Positions 1 through 9,483 of a stretch of 64,000 nt of DNA are shown piece after piece. Where the stretch lies: contig CBDANQ010000059.1 of the NCBI GenBank assembly GCA_965197725.1, positions 32,001 through 96,000 on the forward strand. Direction: 5' to 3'. The first letter of the stretch is position 1. Each line of letters starts with the position of its first letter. A program made the translations under genes and the position numbers. Source of the DNA: Longimicrobiales bacterium (GTDB lineage Bacteria; Gemmatimonadota; Gemmatimonadetes; Longimicrobiales; Gaopeijiaceae). The notes under the pieces are model-generated. The model saw only the letters and a program-made list of their open reading frames with translations. It made no database searches and had not been told where the DNA came from.

Positions 1-942
1 TAGGTCGAGCGTCCAGCCGTCGGGGGAGTGTCGGACCGCCTCAACGCTCACGCCGCGTAGTACTTCGAGACGCCCCGTGGCGTCGCCATCGGAGTTCGCT
101 CCGGTGTGCCCGTCGAGATGCCGCTCGACTCCCTCGAGCGACGCCTGAAGCGCCTCAATGAGTCGGCCCATCCCGACCCGCAGGGACAAAAACGGGGCGC
201 CGGGGCGGAGGCTGCCGATCGACTCGGCCCGCTCGCGTGCTTGGGCCCTCAGCCCGCGCGTCACGCTTCCCGACTCTCGCTCAGCTTGCACGAGCACTGG
301 GAACGTCGCCGCAATGCTCAACTCCTCGGGGCTGCTCCCGTGCAATCCTCCGAGCAAAGGCTGCAACAGCCTCTCGTAGAGCTCGGAGCCGAATCGGCGG
401 CGCACGAAGGACGCCACGGTCTCGTCACCGTCGGACGTTCGCCTGGGGATCCAGGGCTCCATCGCGACGCGGGCGCAGCCTAGAGGGCTGAGAATCCCCG
501 AGGTCCACAGCGGGCCGAGCTTGGTGGGGACGAGACCCGTGAGCCCGTCGGGAAACGGCACGAGGGCCCCTGCCCTGCGAACGAAGGCGCGCGGCCAGCC
601 CGGCTCGCTTCCGACGAGCTCATCAGCTAGGCCCAGCTCTTCGGCCAGGGCGCGGGCCCACGGCTTGCGAGCCAGGAAACTGTCGGCGGCGGCCTCCACG
701 ATGAAGCCGTCGAAGGACTCGGTGAGGATCTTCCCCCCGAGCCGGTCGTCTCGCTCGAGCAGGACGACGCGCGCGTTCAAGGGAGCGGTATCGACGGGCT
801 CCGCTTCCGGGCCAGTCCCGGGCAGGCCAGTCCCGGGCAGGCGAGCCCCGGGATTCAGCAGTCGGTGCACGACGGTGAGGCCCGCGAGACCGCCGCCGAC
901 CACCGCTACGATCGGGGCGTGCGGGGCCTCGGGAGGGGACAC
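1..942 (-). CDS. hemY: Protoporphyrinogen/coproporphyrinogen oxidase (HemY/CgoX), 5' part; runs off the window start
   Basis: Not in the ORF track. Manual translation from GTG 942 gives ...VAVVGGGLAGL...VVLLERDDRLGGKILTESFDGFIVEAAADSFLARKP...DETVASFVRRRFG (FAD-binding HemY motifs). The frame is open to position 1 and lies directly downstream of hemE. Confidence 0.88.
   Translation of the reverse strand, partial: MSPPEAPHAPIVAVVGGGLAGLTVVHRLLNPGARLPGTGLPGTGPEAEPVDTAPLNARVVLLERDDRLGGKILTESFDGFIVEAAADSFLARKPWARALAEELGLADELVGSEPGWPRAFVRRAGALVPFPDGLTGLVPTKLGPLWTSGILSPLGCARVAMEPWIPRRTSDGDETVASFVRRRFGSELYERLLQPLLGGLHGSSPEELSIAATFPVLVQAERESGSVTRGLRAQARERAESIGSLRPGAPFLSLRVGMGRLIEALQASLEGVERHLDGHTGANSDGDATGRLEVLRGVSVEAVRHSPDGWTLDL
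811..840. repeat. 15-bp perfect tandem duplication (gccagtcccgggcag x2) inside hemY
   Basis: Read directly; encodes LPGTG-LPGTG on the minus strand. Confidence 0.9.
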
Positions 943-955
943 GCTGGCAGGCCGA

Positions 956-1996
956 TCAGCCGACGGCCGCGCCGTTCCAGGAACGCAAAGTCTCCAGAAC
1001 CACGGAGATACTGTCGACGGGAGTCGTCGGATTCACGCCGTGCCCGAGGTTGAAGACATGCCCCGGGCGCCCGTTCGCGCAAGTCAGGATCTGCTGCACG
1101 CGCTCGCGGATGAAGTCGTGCGGCCCGTAGAGCACTGTGGGATCGAGATTCCCCTGCACGCCTTTGCCCTCACCGACCCTCGCCCACCCTTCGTCGAGCG
1201 GAACGCGCCAGTCGAGCCCGATGACGTCGCCGCCGGCCTCGCGGATGTCCTCGAGAAGCTCGCCCGTGCCGACCCCGAAGTGGATCGTGGGGCGGTCGAG
1301 GTCGCTCAACGCCTCGAAGATGGCCGCGCTGTGCGGCTTGATGTAGCGGCGGTAGTCCTCCGGACCGAGAGAGCCGACCCAACTGTCGAAGAGTTGCAGC
1401 ACCTGGGCGCCGGCGTCGGCCTGCGCGGTCAGGTATGCGATCGTCAGCGTGACGAGCTTCTCCATGAGCGCGCGGAACGTCTCCGGCTCGTCGTACATGA
1501 AGCTCTTCGTCTTGATGAAGTCCCGCGTTGGGCCTCCCTCGATCAGATAGCTGGCCAGCGTGAACGGAGCTCCCGCGAAGCCGATCAACGCGGTGTCCGC
1601 CGGAAGCTCTGCGCGCACCATACCGAGCGCCGCGAGCGTAGGCGCGAGAGCCTCGCGAGGATCGATCGGCCGGAGCGCCGTCACGTCCTCGGCGGTGCGT
1701 ATCGGATTCGCGATCGACGGGCCCACATCGGGCACGAATGTCAAATCTATCCCCATGGAGACGAGCGGCAGGAGGATATCCGCAAAGATGATGGCTCCGT
1801 CCATGCCGAAGCGACGGATCGGCTGAAGCGTGACTTCGGAGGTCAACTCGGGGTCGGCGCAGATCTCGAGCAGCGTGTGCTTCTCGCGCACCGCCCGGTA
1901 CTCGGGCAGGAAGCGTCCCGCCTGCCTCATGAACCACGCCGGCGTGCAGTCGACGGGCCGCCGCCTACACGCGGCGACGAGGCGAGGTTCACTCAC
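956..1996 (-). CDS. hemE: Uroporphyrinogen decarboxylase
   Basis: WFMRQAGRFLPEY, IIFADIL, LQLFDSW and VFNLGHG motifs. Start placed at GTG 1996 (GTGA overlap with the chdC stop). Confidence 0.95.
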   Translation of the reverse strand: MSEPRLVAACRRRPVDCTPAWFMRQAGRFLPEYRAVREKHTLLEICADPELTSEVTLQPIRRFGMDGAIIFADILLPLVSMGIDLTFVPDVGPSIANPIRTAEDVTALRPIDPREALAPTLAALGMVRAELPADTALIGFAGAPFTLASYLIEGGPTRDFIKTKSFMYDEPETFRALMEKLVTLTIAYLTAQADAGAQVLQLFDSWVGSLGPEDYRRYIKPHSAAIFEALSDLDRPTIHFGVGTGELLEDIREAGGDVIGLDWRVPLDEGWARVGEGKGVQGNLDPTVLYGPHDFIRERVQQILTCANGRPGHVFNLGHGVNPTTPVDSISVVLETLRSWNGAAVG

Positions 1997-2703
1997 GGCC
2001 AGAGCTCGGTCGGCTGATCGGCGGGAACGTGCGTAGCTACGTGCACGGGGGCGTCCAGGAGCGTATACGGCCGGGCCGCCGTCGCGCGAAGTTCGCGCAC
2101 GAGCTCGGAGAACCGGGGCAGATCGTCGGACTCGTAGACCACCACGAACTCGTGGTCTTGCAGACCCGTGGAGTAGAGGAGCAACTGGGAGATGCCCGCA
2201 TAGCTCCTCCCGATCCTGATGTGCTCGTTCATCATCGCCTGACGGCCGGGTTGGTGGATCAGATACCACTCGGCCGTCTTGGAAAACGGATACGCGATGA
2301 GGTACGGCAGGATGTCGGAGCCGAACGGGTCGATGCGCCCGGCCTCCCGAGCGCCGCGGTACTGGGTTGCGCGCGTGAAGCCCCACAGCACGTCGACCAT
2401 GCTCACGTACCGCCGGAACGGGCGCAATGCACTCGAATAAGCATTGAAGAAATTGTGGGGGTTGGAGTTCCCCTTCATGCGTACGGCGCACCAGAGGATG
2501 AAGTCCGTACCGACGCGTGTGGGGGAAGTCCGATAGTGCCGGACGCCTTCCGCCACGCCGGACGTGGTCTCGGCCCACGCGACCTGCAGGTCCGCGCGCT
2601 CCTCCTCACTCAGGCGCCAGTATTCGTCGGTGAGCGTGAAGACACCGAAATGGTTGAGTGAGCTCTCGAGCTCGTCGTTTACGGTGTCGTCTTCCGTAGC
2701 CAC
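1993..2703 (-). CDS. chdC: Coproheme decarboxylase / chlorite dismutase family protein (HemQ)
   Basis: [19 protein letters not shown] and [14 protein letters not shown] motifs; embedded in the hem operon. Confidence 0.85.
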   Translation of the reverse strand: MATEDDTVNDELESSLNHFGVFTLTDEYWRLSEEERADLQVAWAETTSGVAEGVRHYRTSPTRVGTDFILWCAVRMKGNSNPHNFFNAYSSALRPFRRYVSMVDVLWGFTRATQYRGAREAGRIDPFGSDILPYLIAYPFSKTAEWYLIHQPGRQAMMNEHIRIGRSYAGISQLLLYSTGLQDHEFVVVYESDDLPRFSELVRELRATAARPYTLLDAPVHVATHVPADQPTELWP

Positions 2704-3680
2704 TGGGCTACCTCCTCCGCATGGTAGGTGATCACGAGGTCGGCCCCTGCTCTCTTCATGCCCAACAGGGACTCCGTCACTACGGCCTTCTCATCGAGCC
2801 AACCCGCGAGGGCCCCCGCCTTGAGCATGGCATACTCACCGCTGACGTTGTATGCGACGAGCGGCAGGGACGGGAACGAGTCCCGGAGTGAGCGCACGAT
2901 GTCGAGGTACGCGAGCGCGGGCTTGACCATGAGGAAGTCGGCACCCTGCTCGACGTCCAGCCTCGCCTCGCGCAGTGCCTCGCGCGCGTTGGCCGGATCC
3001 ATCTGGTGCGAGCGACGATCCCCGAACGCGGGCGCGCCGTCCGCGGCGTCCCGAAACGGTCCGTAGAACGACGACGCGTACTTCACGGCGTACGACATGA
3101 TCGGGATCTCGCCGAAACCCGACCCGTCGAGCGCCTTACGGATCGCGCCGACCATGCCGTCCATCATGCCTGAGGGCGCCACGACGTCGGCACCGCTCTG
3201 TGCTTGTGACACGGCGATCCGAGCCAGGGCGTCGAGCGTCGGCTCGGTATCGATCGAGTTGTCGTCCCGCAGGAGGCCGCAGTGCCCGTGATCGGTGTAC
3301 TCACACAGGCACGTGTCCGCGATGATGACCAGGTCGGGGCACCGTTCGCGAATCGCGCGGGCGGCGCGTTGGACGATGCCGTCCTCGGCCCAACTCTGGC
3401 TGCCCAAAGGGTCTTTGTGCTTCGGGATCCCGAACAGAACCACTGCCCGGATTCCGAGACCCGCTGCGTGTTCGGCGTAGGCGGCGGATTCCTCGACCGA
3501 CCGTCGGAACACGCCCGGCATGGAGGAGATCTCAGCCACGCCGCCGCCTTCCTCGACGAAGAGCGGCAGGATCAGGTCCTCGACGACCAGGCGCGTCTCG
3601 CGGACGAGGGCCCGTAGGGCGGCAGTGCGACGCAAACGCTGTGGGCGCTGGCTCGTGTACCGGGGGGAGTCTGGGCTCAT
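2679..3680 (-). CDS. hemB: Porphobilinogen synthase (Zn-type)
   Basis: [39 protein letters not shown] and YNVSGEY motifs; ATG 3680 overlaps the hemD stop. Confidence 0.96.
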   Translation of the reverse strand: MSPDSPRYTSQRPQRLRRTAALRALVRETRLVVEDLILPLFVEEGGGVAEISSMPGVFRRSVEESAAYAEHAAGLGIRAVVLFGIPKHKDPLGSQSWAEDGIVQRAARAIRERCPDLVIIADTCLCEYTDHGHCGLLRDDNSIDTEPTLDALARIAVSQAQSGADVVAPSGMMDGMVGAIRKALDGSGFGEIPIMSYAVKYASSFYGPFRDAADGAPAFGDRRSHQMDPANAREALREARLDVEQGADFLMVKPALAYLDIVRSLRDSFPSLPLVAYNVSGEYAMLKAGALAGWLDEKAVVTESLLGMKRAGADLVITYHAEEVAQWLRKTTP

Positions 3681-4465
3681 GGTGCGGTCGATGAGGTGTG
3701 ACGGACCCAACCTTCGTACGTACTCAGCGCGTCCACCAGCCCCCGAGAAGTCGACTCGCTCGCCTCGACGTCCACACGCACGCCGAGCTCTCGGGCGGCG
3801 TTGCTCGTGACCGGACCGACGCTCGCGACGACAGCCTCTTCAATGACGTGCGCGCGGGCCACACCGAGAGCCTCGACCAGCCCTCGGATCGTCGACGGGC
3901 TCGTGAAGGTGATTGCGTCGACGCCTTCGTCCAGCGCCTCGAGACCAGCCTCGGTCACCGCCTGCGGCCGAGTGCGATAAGCAGCGACCGAATCGACTCC
4001 AGCGCCCACGTCCCGGAGCAGGCCGGGCAGCGTGTCGTCGGCCAGGTCGGAGCGGGGTAGCAGAATCCGGACCCCGTCCACATCGCCCAAAGACTCCGGG
4101 ATCTGGTCGCCCCGATGGTCACTGGGCATCGCAGCCACCGTCAGCCCCGCGTCGCTCAGTACCGCTCGCGTCGCCGGCCCCACGGCAGCCAGTCGCAGGT
4201 TGGCGACACGCCCCAGGTCCAGCCCCAGCGTGGTGGTGCGCTGCAAGACCGACCGAGCCGCGTTTGCGCTGGTGAACACCAGCCAGTCGTACTGCGCGGC
4301 TGAGCGCAACGCACGGTCGAGCGGCTCGAAGCTGGACGGCGGAGCGATGGCGACCGTGGGTACGAGGATGGGCACCGCGCCCGCCGCCTCCAGAAGCCCG
4401 CATATCTCGGCGGACTGGGCAGCGGGTCGCGTCACCACGATCCGGCGCGACTCGAGCGCGTTCAT
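3677..4465 (-). CDS. hemD: Uroporphyrinogen-III synthase
   Basis: [22 protein letters not shown] and TFTSPST motifs. Confidence 0.92.
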   Translation of the reverse strand: MNALESRRIVVTRPAAQSAEICGLLEAAGAVPILVPTVAIAPPSSFEPLDRALRSAAQYDWLVFTSANAARSVLQRTTTLGLDLGRVANLRLAAVGPATRAVLSDAGLTVAAMPSDHRGDQIPESLGDVDGVRILLPRSDLADDTLPGLLRDVGAGVDSVAAYRTRPQAVTEAGLEALDEGVDAITFTSPSTIRGLVEALGVARAHVIEEAVVASVGPVTSNAARELGVRVDVEASESTSRGLVDALSTYEGWVRHTSSTAP

Positions 4466-5379
4466 GCGAGCAGCTCCCGAGCACCCAGGCTGAGCGCCTC
4501 CTCCGCCAATGCGCGCCCCAACTCGAGCGGGTCCCCGCCGACGGACGATACGCGAATGCTCTCGCCACTGTGCAACGCTCCGACGAAACCGTGCAGCTCC
4601 AGCGGCGCTCCCTCGACGTGCCGAGCCAGGGCGCCAACCGGGAGCGAACAGCCACCCCCCAGCACGGATAAGAAGGCCCGCTCCGCATCCACCTCAGCGC
4701 GCACGGCCGCCTCGTCGATCAGCGCGAGTAGGGCCCGCGCCTCGTGGTCGTCCTCCCGACACTGGACCGCGAGCGCACCCTGTCCGGGAGCGGGCAAGAA
4801 CCTCTCGATGGGCAGGAGCTCCCTCACGTGCTCGGTGAGCCCCAACCGGTTCAGGCCGGCGGCGGCGAGCACGACCGCATCGAGCGGGCCGTCGACGGCC
4901 TTCGAGACGCGCGTCTCCACATTGCCACGCACCGGCTCGACCACGAGGTCGTCTCTGAACGCAAGGATCTGCGCGCGCCGGCGGGGGCTCGAGGTCCCGA
5001 CCTTGGCGCCGCTCGGCAACGAAGCCAGCCCACCCTCACGGGCAGATACGAGCGCGTCGCGCGGGTCGTCCCGGCTCAGGATGGCGGCGGTCACGATGCC
5101 GGTGTTGTCCCGGATGGGAAGATCCTTCAGCGAGTGGACCGCGACCGCGACCCGTCCCTCGAGGAGAGCGCGGTCGATCTCGGACGAGAACGCAGCGCCA
5201 CCCAGATCGGACAGCACCGCGCCCACTTCGCGATCTCCGAGCGTGAAGAGCGGTAAGGCGCGGGCGTGGAGGCTCGGGGACGCTTCGTTCAGCCGTTGGG
5301 AGACGTGATCGGTCTGCCAGAGGGCAAGTGCGGACGAACGCGTTCCGAGCAGGAGTTCTCCTCGGAAAGTCTTTGGCAT
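4462..5379 (-). CDS. hemC: Hydroxymethylbilane synthase
   Basis: GTRSSALALWQ, AVHSLKDLP, GTSSPRRRAQ, RGNVETR, LPAPGQGALA and GGGCSLP (cofactor Cys) motifs. Confidence 0.95.
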   Translation of the reverse strand: MPKTFRGELLLGTRSSALALWQTDHVSQRLNEASPSLHARALPLFTLGDREVGAVLSDLGGAAFSSEIDRALLEGRVAVAVHSLKDLPIRDNTGIVTAAILSRDDPRDALVSAREGGLASLPSGAKVGTSSPRRRAQILAFRDDLVVEPVRGNVETRVSKAVDGPLDAVVLAAAGLNRLGLTEHVRELLPIERFLPAPGQGALAVQCREDDHEARALLALIDEAAVRAEVDAERAFLSVLGGGCSLPVGALARHVEGAPLELHGFVGALHSGESIRVSSVGGDPLELGRALAEEALSLGARELLA

Positions 5380-5403
5380 GCTGAGTCGGATTAGATCAGT
5401 CTT

Positions 5404-6807
5404 CTAGGTCTCTTCGTCGAGAGCGAAGAGCTGTCGCACAACCTTGGAATACTCGTGGAAATGACCGTCGGCCGATGCCGATCGCAACCGCAGCGACGGT
5501 TCGTGCAGGAGCTTGCGCACCAAAGCGCCACTGAAGTGCTCGATGCGGCTCCGGGTTTCAGGATCGATGCCCTCGAATTCGCCGAACAGGCGTGCAATCT
5601 CGCTCTCCCGCAGCCCTTCGGCCCGCTGCCAGAATGCCGCGAGCACGGGCTGAACGCGCCCGATCGCCCGCGCTTGATCGTACTGGACGACCTCCTGCTC
5701 GACGATGGCCTCGGCCAGTCCGACCTCTTGGTGCCGTCCCTCGAGGTTGGCGTCACTCACGGCCCGTAAGTCGTCGAGCCCGAAGAGTCGCACGCTTTCG
5801 AGCTCGCCCACCGCCGGCTCGACATCGCGAGGCACAGCCAGGTCGACGATGATGAGCGGCCGGTCCGTCGCGCGTCCTGCGATGGCCTGCGCCACGAGGT
5901 CACGGGTCAAGATCGGCTCCATCGAGCTGGTGGTCGCGAGCACCACGTCGCTGTCCGGCAGCAGTGTGGAGAGTTCTCCCAGCCGGGCCGCGCTGCCGCC
6001 GAAGTCGTCGGCCAACGCACCCGCGTGTCCGGCGCTACGGTTCGCGACCGTCAGCACGGCGCCGCCGGCCTTCTCGATCGAAGCGCACGCGAGTCGTCCG
6101 ACTTTGCCTGCGCCGACGACCAGGACGCTCTTGCCCTCGAGGGAATCCAGCTCGCGCTCGGCGAGCTCGATCGCCACCGAGCTGAGGCTGATGCGTCCCC
6201 GACCGATGCCGGTTTCTGTCCTGGCGCGCCCGCTCGCTCGTCGCGCCGCCTCGGCCATCGCGATCAACGCGACGTTCCACCCTTCCGCATCGACGGTCCG
6301 CGCGAATCCACGCGACACCTGACCCGCGATCTCGTGCTCCCCGACCACGAGCGAGTCGAGTCCGGCGGCGACTTTGCACAGATGACGCACGGCGTCGGAA
6401 CCGCGATGCACGTAGACGAACGCCTCGGGATCCAAGTCCACGCAGTCCGCGGCCTTCAGGAATATCTCCGCACCGATCGAATGAATCATTTCTTCGACCG
6501 CATCGGCGCCCACAGCCAGATAAAACTCCACCCGATTGCACGTGCTCACGACGGCCATGTTGGACGGCCTGAGGCAGATGGCGCCATCGCCCGCGTGGAC
6601 CTCGGAGCCGTCCATCGCCTGCTGCACGATCGTCACGGCGGCTTCCAGGAACTCCATGGGCGCGACCCGTAGGCTCGTTCCCACGCACAGTTCGATGAGC
6701 GCCGGCTCATGGTCGTCACGGTGCGGGGTGAGGCCTTCCAGCCCTCCCACTTTAGGAGATACTGAGTCTACGGCGCCGTCTCCGGCCAAACGTGGGCGCT
6801 CGGTCAT
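5404..6807 (-). CDS. hemA: Glutamyl-tRNA reductase
   Basis: STCNRVEFY, GLDSLVVGEHEIAGQV, VVGAGKVG and DLAVPRDVE motifs. True start may be slightly downstream. Confidence 0.93.
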   Translation of the reverse strand: MTERPRLAGDGAVDSVSPKVGGLEGLTPHRDDHEPALIELCVGTSLRVAPMEFLEAAVTIVQQAMDGSEVHAGDGAICLRPSNMAVVSTCNRVEFYLAVGADAVEEMIHSIGAEIFLKAADCVDLDPEAFVYVHRGSDAVRHLCKVAAGLDSLVVGEHEIAGQVSRGFARTVDAEGWNVALIAMAEAARRASGRARTETGIGRGRISLSSVAIELAERELDSLEGKSVLVVGAGKVGRLACASIEKAGGAVLTVANRSAGHAGALADDFGGSAARLGELSTLLPDSDVVLATTSSMEPILTRDLVAQAIAGRATDRPLIIVDLAVPRDVEPAVGELESVRLFGLDDLRAVSDANLEGRHQEVGLAEAIVEQEVVQYDQARAIGRVQPVLAAFWQRAEGLRESEIARLFGEFEGIDPETRSRIEHFSGALVRKLLHEPSLRLRSASADGHFHEYSKVVRQLFALDEET

Positions 6808-7799
6808 GATGCGGCGGTCAGGGACGTGAGTGGCGCGTTTGTGTTGGTGCCCAGCGCGTCGATGACGAGATCCGCCAGCACACCACCCATGTCCGGATGA
6901 TCGTGCGGGGTCGCGACGCGGTGAAATCCCATGCCCAGCTTCTCTACGGACACCCGAAACTTCAGGTCGAGTTCGTCCAGCGTCTCCGACTGCTCGTGGA
7001 TGAAGCTCAGCGGGACGACCACGACGTGTTCGGCTTCAATCGTCGGCATCATTTTCGCATTCGAAGGCTCGGTCCATTCGATGGCCCGGTTCGTGTGGTT
7101 CTGGTATCCGAGCTCGTACCCATCCACGCCGACGGCGTCCGCGATCAGGCGGCACGACTCCTCCACGTGCTCCTGATACTGGCTCCCTTCCTCCAGATAG
7201 GAGATCGGAGTGCCATGAGCCGAGAAGTAGAGGCACACGCCCGGGTCGTGAGCGTCGAGACCGCGCTCGGTCATCAGCGTTCGGATGCCGTGGGCTCGGA
7301 GCTCCACGTACTTGGGGTTACGGTGCCAACCCCCGACGAACACAGTCTCCACAAGCCAGGAAAGCTCGTCGAGCTCCTCGCGCACCGTGTCCAGCGCGGC
7401 CACCGTCGTGGTCGGCCCGCTGACGGGGTACAGGGGAAGCGCCACCAGTTGCTTGACTCCGCTCTCGCGGCACCGCTGCAGCGCATCCGAGATGGTGGGG
7501 GTCGTGAACTGAGTTCCGACGAAGACGTGGGCAGAGTGACCGCGTTCCTTCAGCGCCGCCTCGAGGGCCTCGCCGTGAGCGTGCGCATGGGCGTTCATCG
7601 GGGAGCCGCCGATCTCCTCGTACGCCTCCATGAGTCCAGGTGCGCGAGCCTCGGCGAGCTGCCGTGCTCGCTCGGCGCCGGAACCAGGTTCCAATCTGCG
7701 GTTCGCGAGGAAAATGCGTTCCAGGAAATCGATCACAAGCTCGGGGTCCGAGCCCTCAGGCTCGCCAAATGCGAGCAAGACGACGCCAAGCCGGCTCAC
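6804..7799 (-). CDS. hemH: Ferrochelatase (likely coproporphyrin ferrochelatase)
   Basis: GVVLLAFGEP, YEEIGGSP, LPLYP, FSAHGTP, WTEP and FIHEQSETLDELD motifs. Confidence 0.9.
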   Translation of the reverse strand: MSRLGVVLLAFGEPEGSDPELVIDFLERIFLANRRLEPGSGAERARQLAEARAPGLMEAYEEIGGSPMNAHAHAHGEALEAALKERGHSAHVFVGTQFTTPTISDALQRCRESGVKQLVALPLYPVSGPTTTVAALDTVREELDELSWLVETVFVGGWHRNPKYVELRAHGIRTLMTERGLDAHDPGVCLYFSAHGTPISYLEEGSQYQEHVEESCRLIADAVGVDGYELGYQNHTNRAIEWTEPSNAKMMPTIEAEHVVVVPLSFIHEQSETLDELDLKFRVSVEKLGMGFHRVATPHDHPDMGGVLADLVIDALGTNTNAPLTSLTAAS

Positions 7800-8058
7800 G
7801 TATCCGCCCGCCTGTCGATGCTCCAGGTCATGGATGCGCCATTCACGGTGTGAAGGGGAGCGCGTGGAATGGAGAGTGACATTTCCTAGTGTCGAAGCCG
7901 GAGGGTCCCTACCGATTTCCGCCGCACGGTCTATTCCGCAACATCGACGGTAGAGCCATAGCAGGCCAGGGACAATTCGTACATCTACCCATGCGCGCGA
8001 TCCGCAATTTCTCCCATTCCCTCGGGGGTCCCGTGCGCGGGGAGCGGAAATAGGCTCC

Positions 8059-9105
8059 CTACGTGGGCATCTGCCAGCAGTGCCTTAAGAATCGGCGATC
8101 GGCGCGTTGCGGCGTCGCGATGTCCTCGAAGAAGCCCTCGAGGTAGCGCATGCTGCGGTTCCTATCACCGTCTTCCAGGTACGGGAAGTCGCGGTAGAGG
8201 GCCATGATGTCGGTCTCGGCCGCGCGGAACCGCTCCAGGATTGGCTCCGGATCGAGACTGCTGCGACACCAGCCCCGGTACAGGCGATCCTGAACTCTCT
8301 TGATGCCGAGCGAGGGATCGGGGACCGAGTACGGCGCTTCCACAATCCCTGAGAAGTCGAGGTCGTAGGGGACGGGCAGCGCGACGCCACCGATGCCGAG
8401 CACTTCGACGTTGTGCCCCGCCACTTCGGACCAGTCCGTGTTCCCGATCATGTACTGGAAGATCGCCATGGTCTGGGTGGTGGTCGGCTCGAAGACGCCG
8501 TGCGGAAGGTTCTTGCCCTCCGGGATGTCGAAGACCTCGAAACCCATGCCGACCCGCGCGGCAAGCGCGGCGGCGTCTTCGATGAAGAAAGCGAGGCGCG
8601 TGAACGGGTCGTCGTCACCGCTCTCGTCGACGTACGTGATGCGCGCAAGACGCACGTCGAAGGACGTCGCGGTGATCATGGCGAAGGTGCGGTACGCGAG
8701 GTACTCGTTCAGGACCAGCTGCTCGTACGAGTCCCGGTTCGAACGGCACGGGTTCACGATTTTTAGCTTGTCCTGCCCCTCGAACTCGGTGCCCTCGGTC
8801 TGCTTCTTCTTGAGGTTCAGCCTGAGCGGCGGGAAGGGGCAGTTCCGCTTCTCGAGGCGGAAGCGACCGCGCGTACGAAGCTGTGCCTCGATCGTGACGT
8901 CTCCGCCGGCTTCGGTGGTCACTGTGACGGTGGCCGGACGCTCCGGTGACTCGCGCCGGTCGTCTTTCAGCAGCGAAAAGTCCGCGGTGAGCGTGAGCTC
9001 GATCGCTTCGTCCGACGCAAAGAGCGGCGCGGGCTCGGCCTGCTGCGCGAAGGCAGGAAGCGCAATGGCGAGCGCCATTGTCGCCAGAAGTGTCGTTCTC
9101 ATCAT
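8059..9105 (-). CDS. Secreted hypothetical protein with CotH/atypical-kinase-like motifs
   Basis: Signal peptide MMRTTLLATMALAIALPAFA from ATG 9105; motifs RTRG, EYLAYR, FQYMIGNTDWS...HN and PYDLDFSG. Confidence 0.65.
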   Translation of the reverse strand: MMRTTLLATMALAIALPAFAQQAEPAPLFASDEAIELTLTADFSLLKDDRRESPERPATVTVTTEAGGDVTIEAQLRTRGRFRLEKRNCPFPPLRLNLKKKQTEGTEFEGQDKLKIVNPCRSNRDSYEQLVLNEYLAYRTFAMITATSFDVRLARITYVDESGDDDPFTRLAFFIEDAAALAARVGMGFEVFDIPEGKNLPHGVFEPTTTQTMAIFQYMIGNTDWSEVAGHNVEVLGIGGVALPVPYDLDFSGIVEAPYSVPDPSLGIKRVQDRLYRGWCRSSLDPEPILERFRAAETDIMALYRDFPYLEDGDRNRSMRYLEGFFEDIATPQRADRRFLRHCWQMPT

Positions 9106-9152
9106 CCCCCACAATCTATCGTCAACCTCACCACCCCACACCATCCGTCTCT

Positions 9153-9334
9153 GTGCGCCGTACGGCTGTCCGACCGGCCGAGCTGCTCGAGCGCGCCCAC
9201 GCGTCGGCTTCACCCGGAAAACCGAAGTCGTTGTCCACGACGCCGATGACCCGAGCGCGCACGCCCTGGACCTCGAGACTGACGTCCGAGAGGTCTCGCC
9301 CTGCGAGCTCAATCTGCCAGAAGCCGTGTGACGC
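9153..9334 (-). pseudogene. Fragment of a MacB/ADOP-type ABC permease periplasmic domain
   Basis: Manual translation SHGFWQIELAG...RVIGVVDNDFGFPGEADAW, then a frameshift, then LEQLGRSDSRTAH. No start codon or transmembrane segments. Confidence 0.55.
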
Positions 9335-9483
9335 TCTCCCCTCCGACGAGGGTCTGCTGCGATAGCGACGAGGCTCGTCCCCGCGCTGCGTGTGACGTGG
9401 ATCGACCCCTTCAAGGTCCTCAAGGCCGAGTAGCGCAGACGCCGGGGGAAGCGGGACATCAGGGGTGTGAGGTATCTTTGCAC

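Noticed and set aside
521..2017. 498-aa plus-strand ORF and other long antisense ORFs (e.g. 36562..38469, 40593..42152, 49251..51341, 54869..57136, 62130..63590)
   Set aside because: Shadow frames opposite well-supported genes; typical of high-GC DNA and without recognisable motifs.
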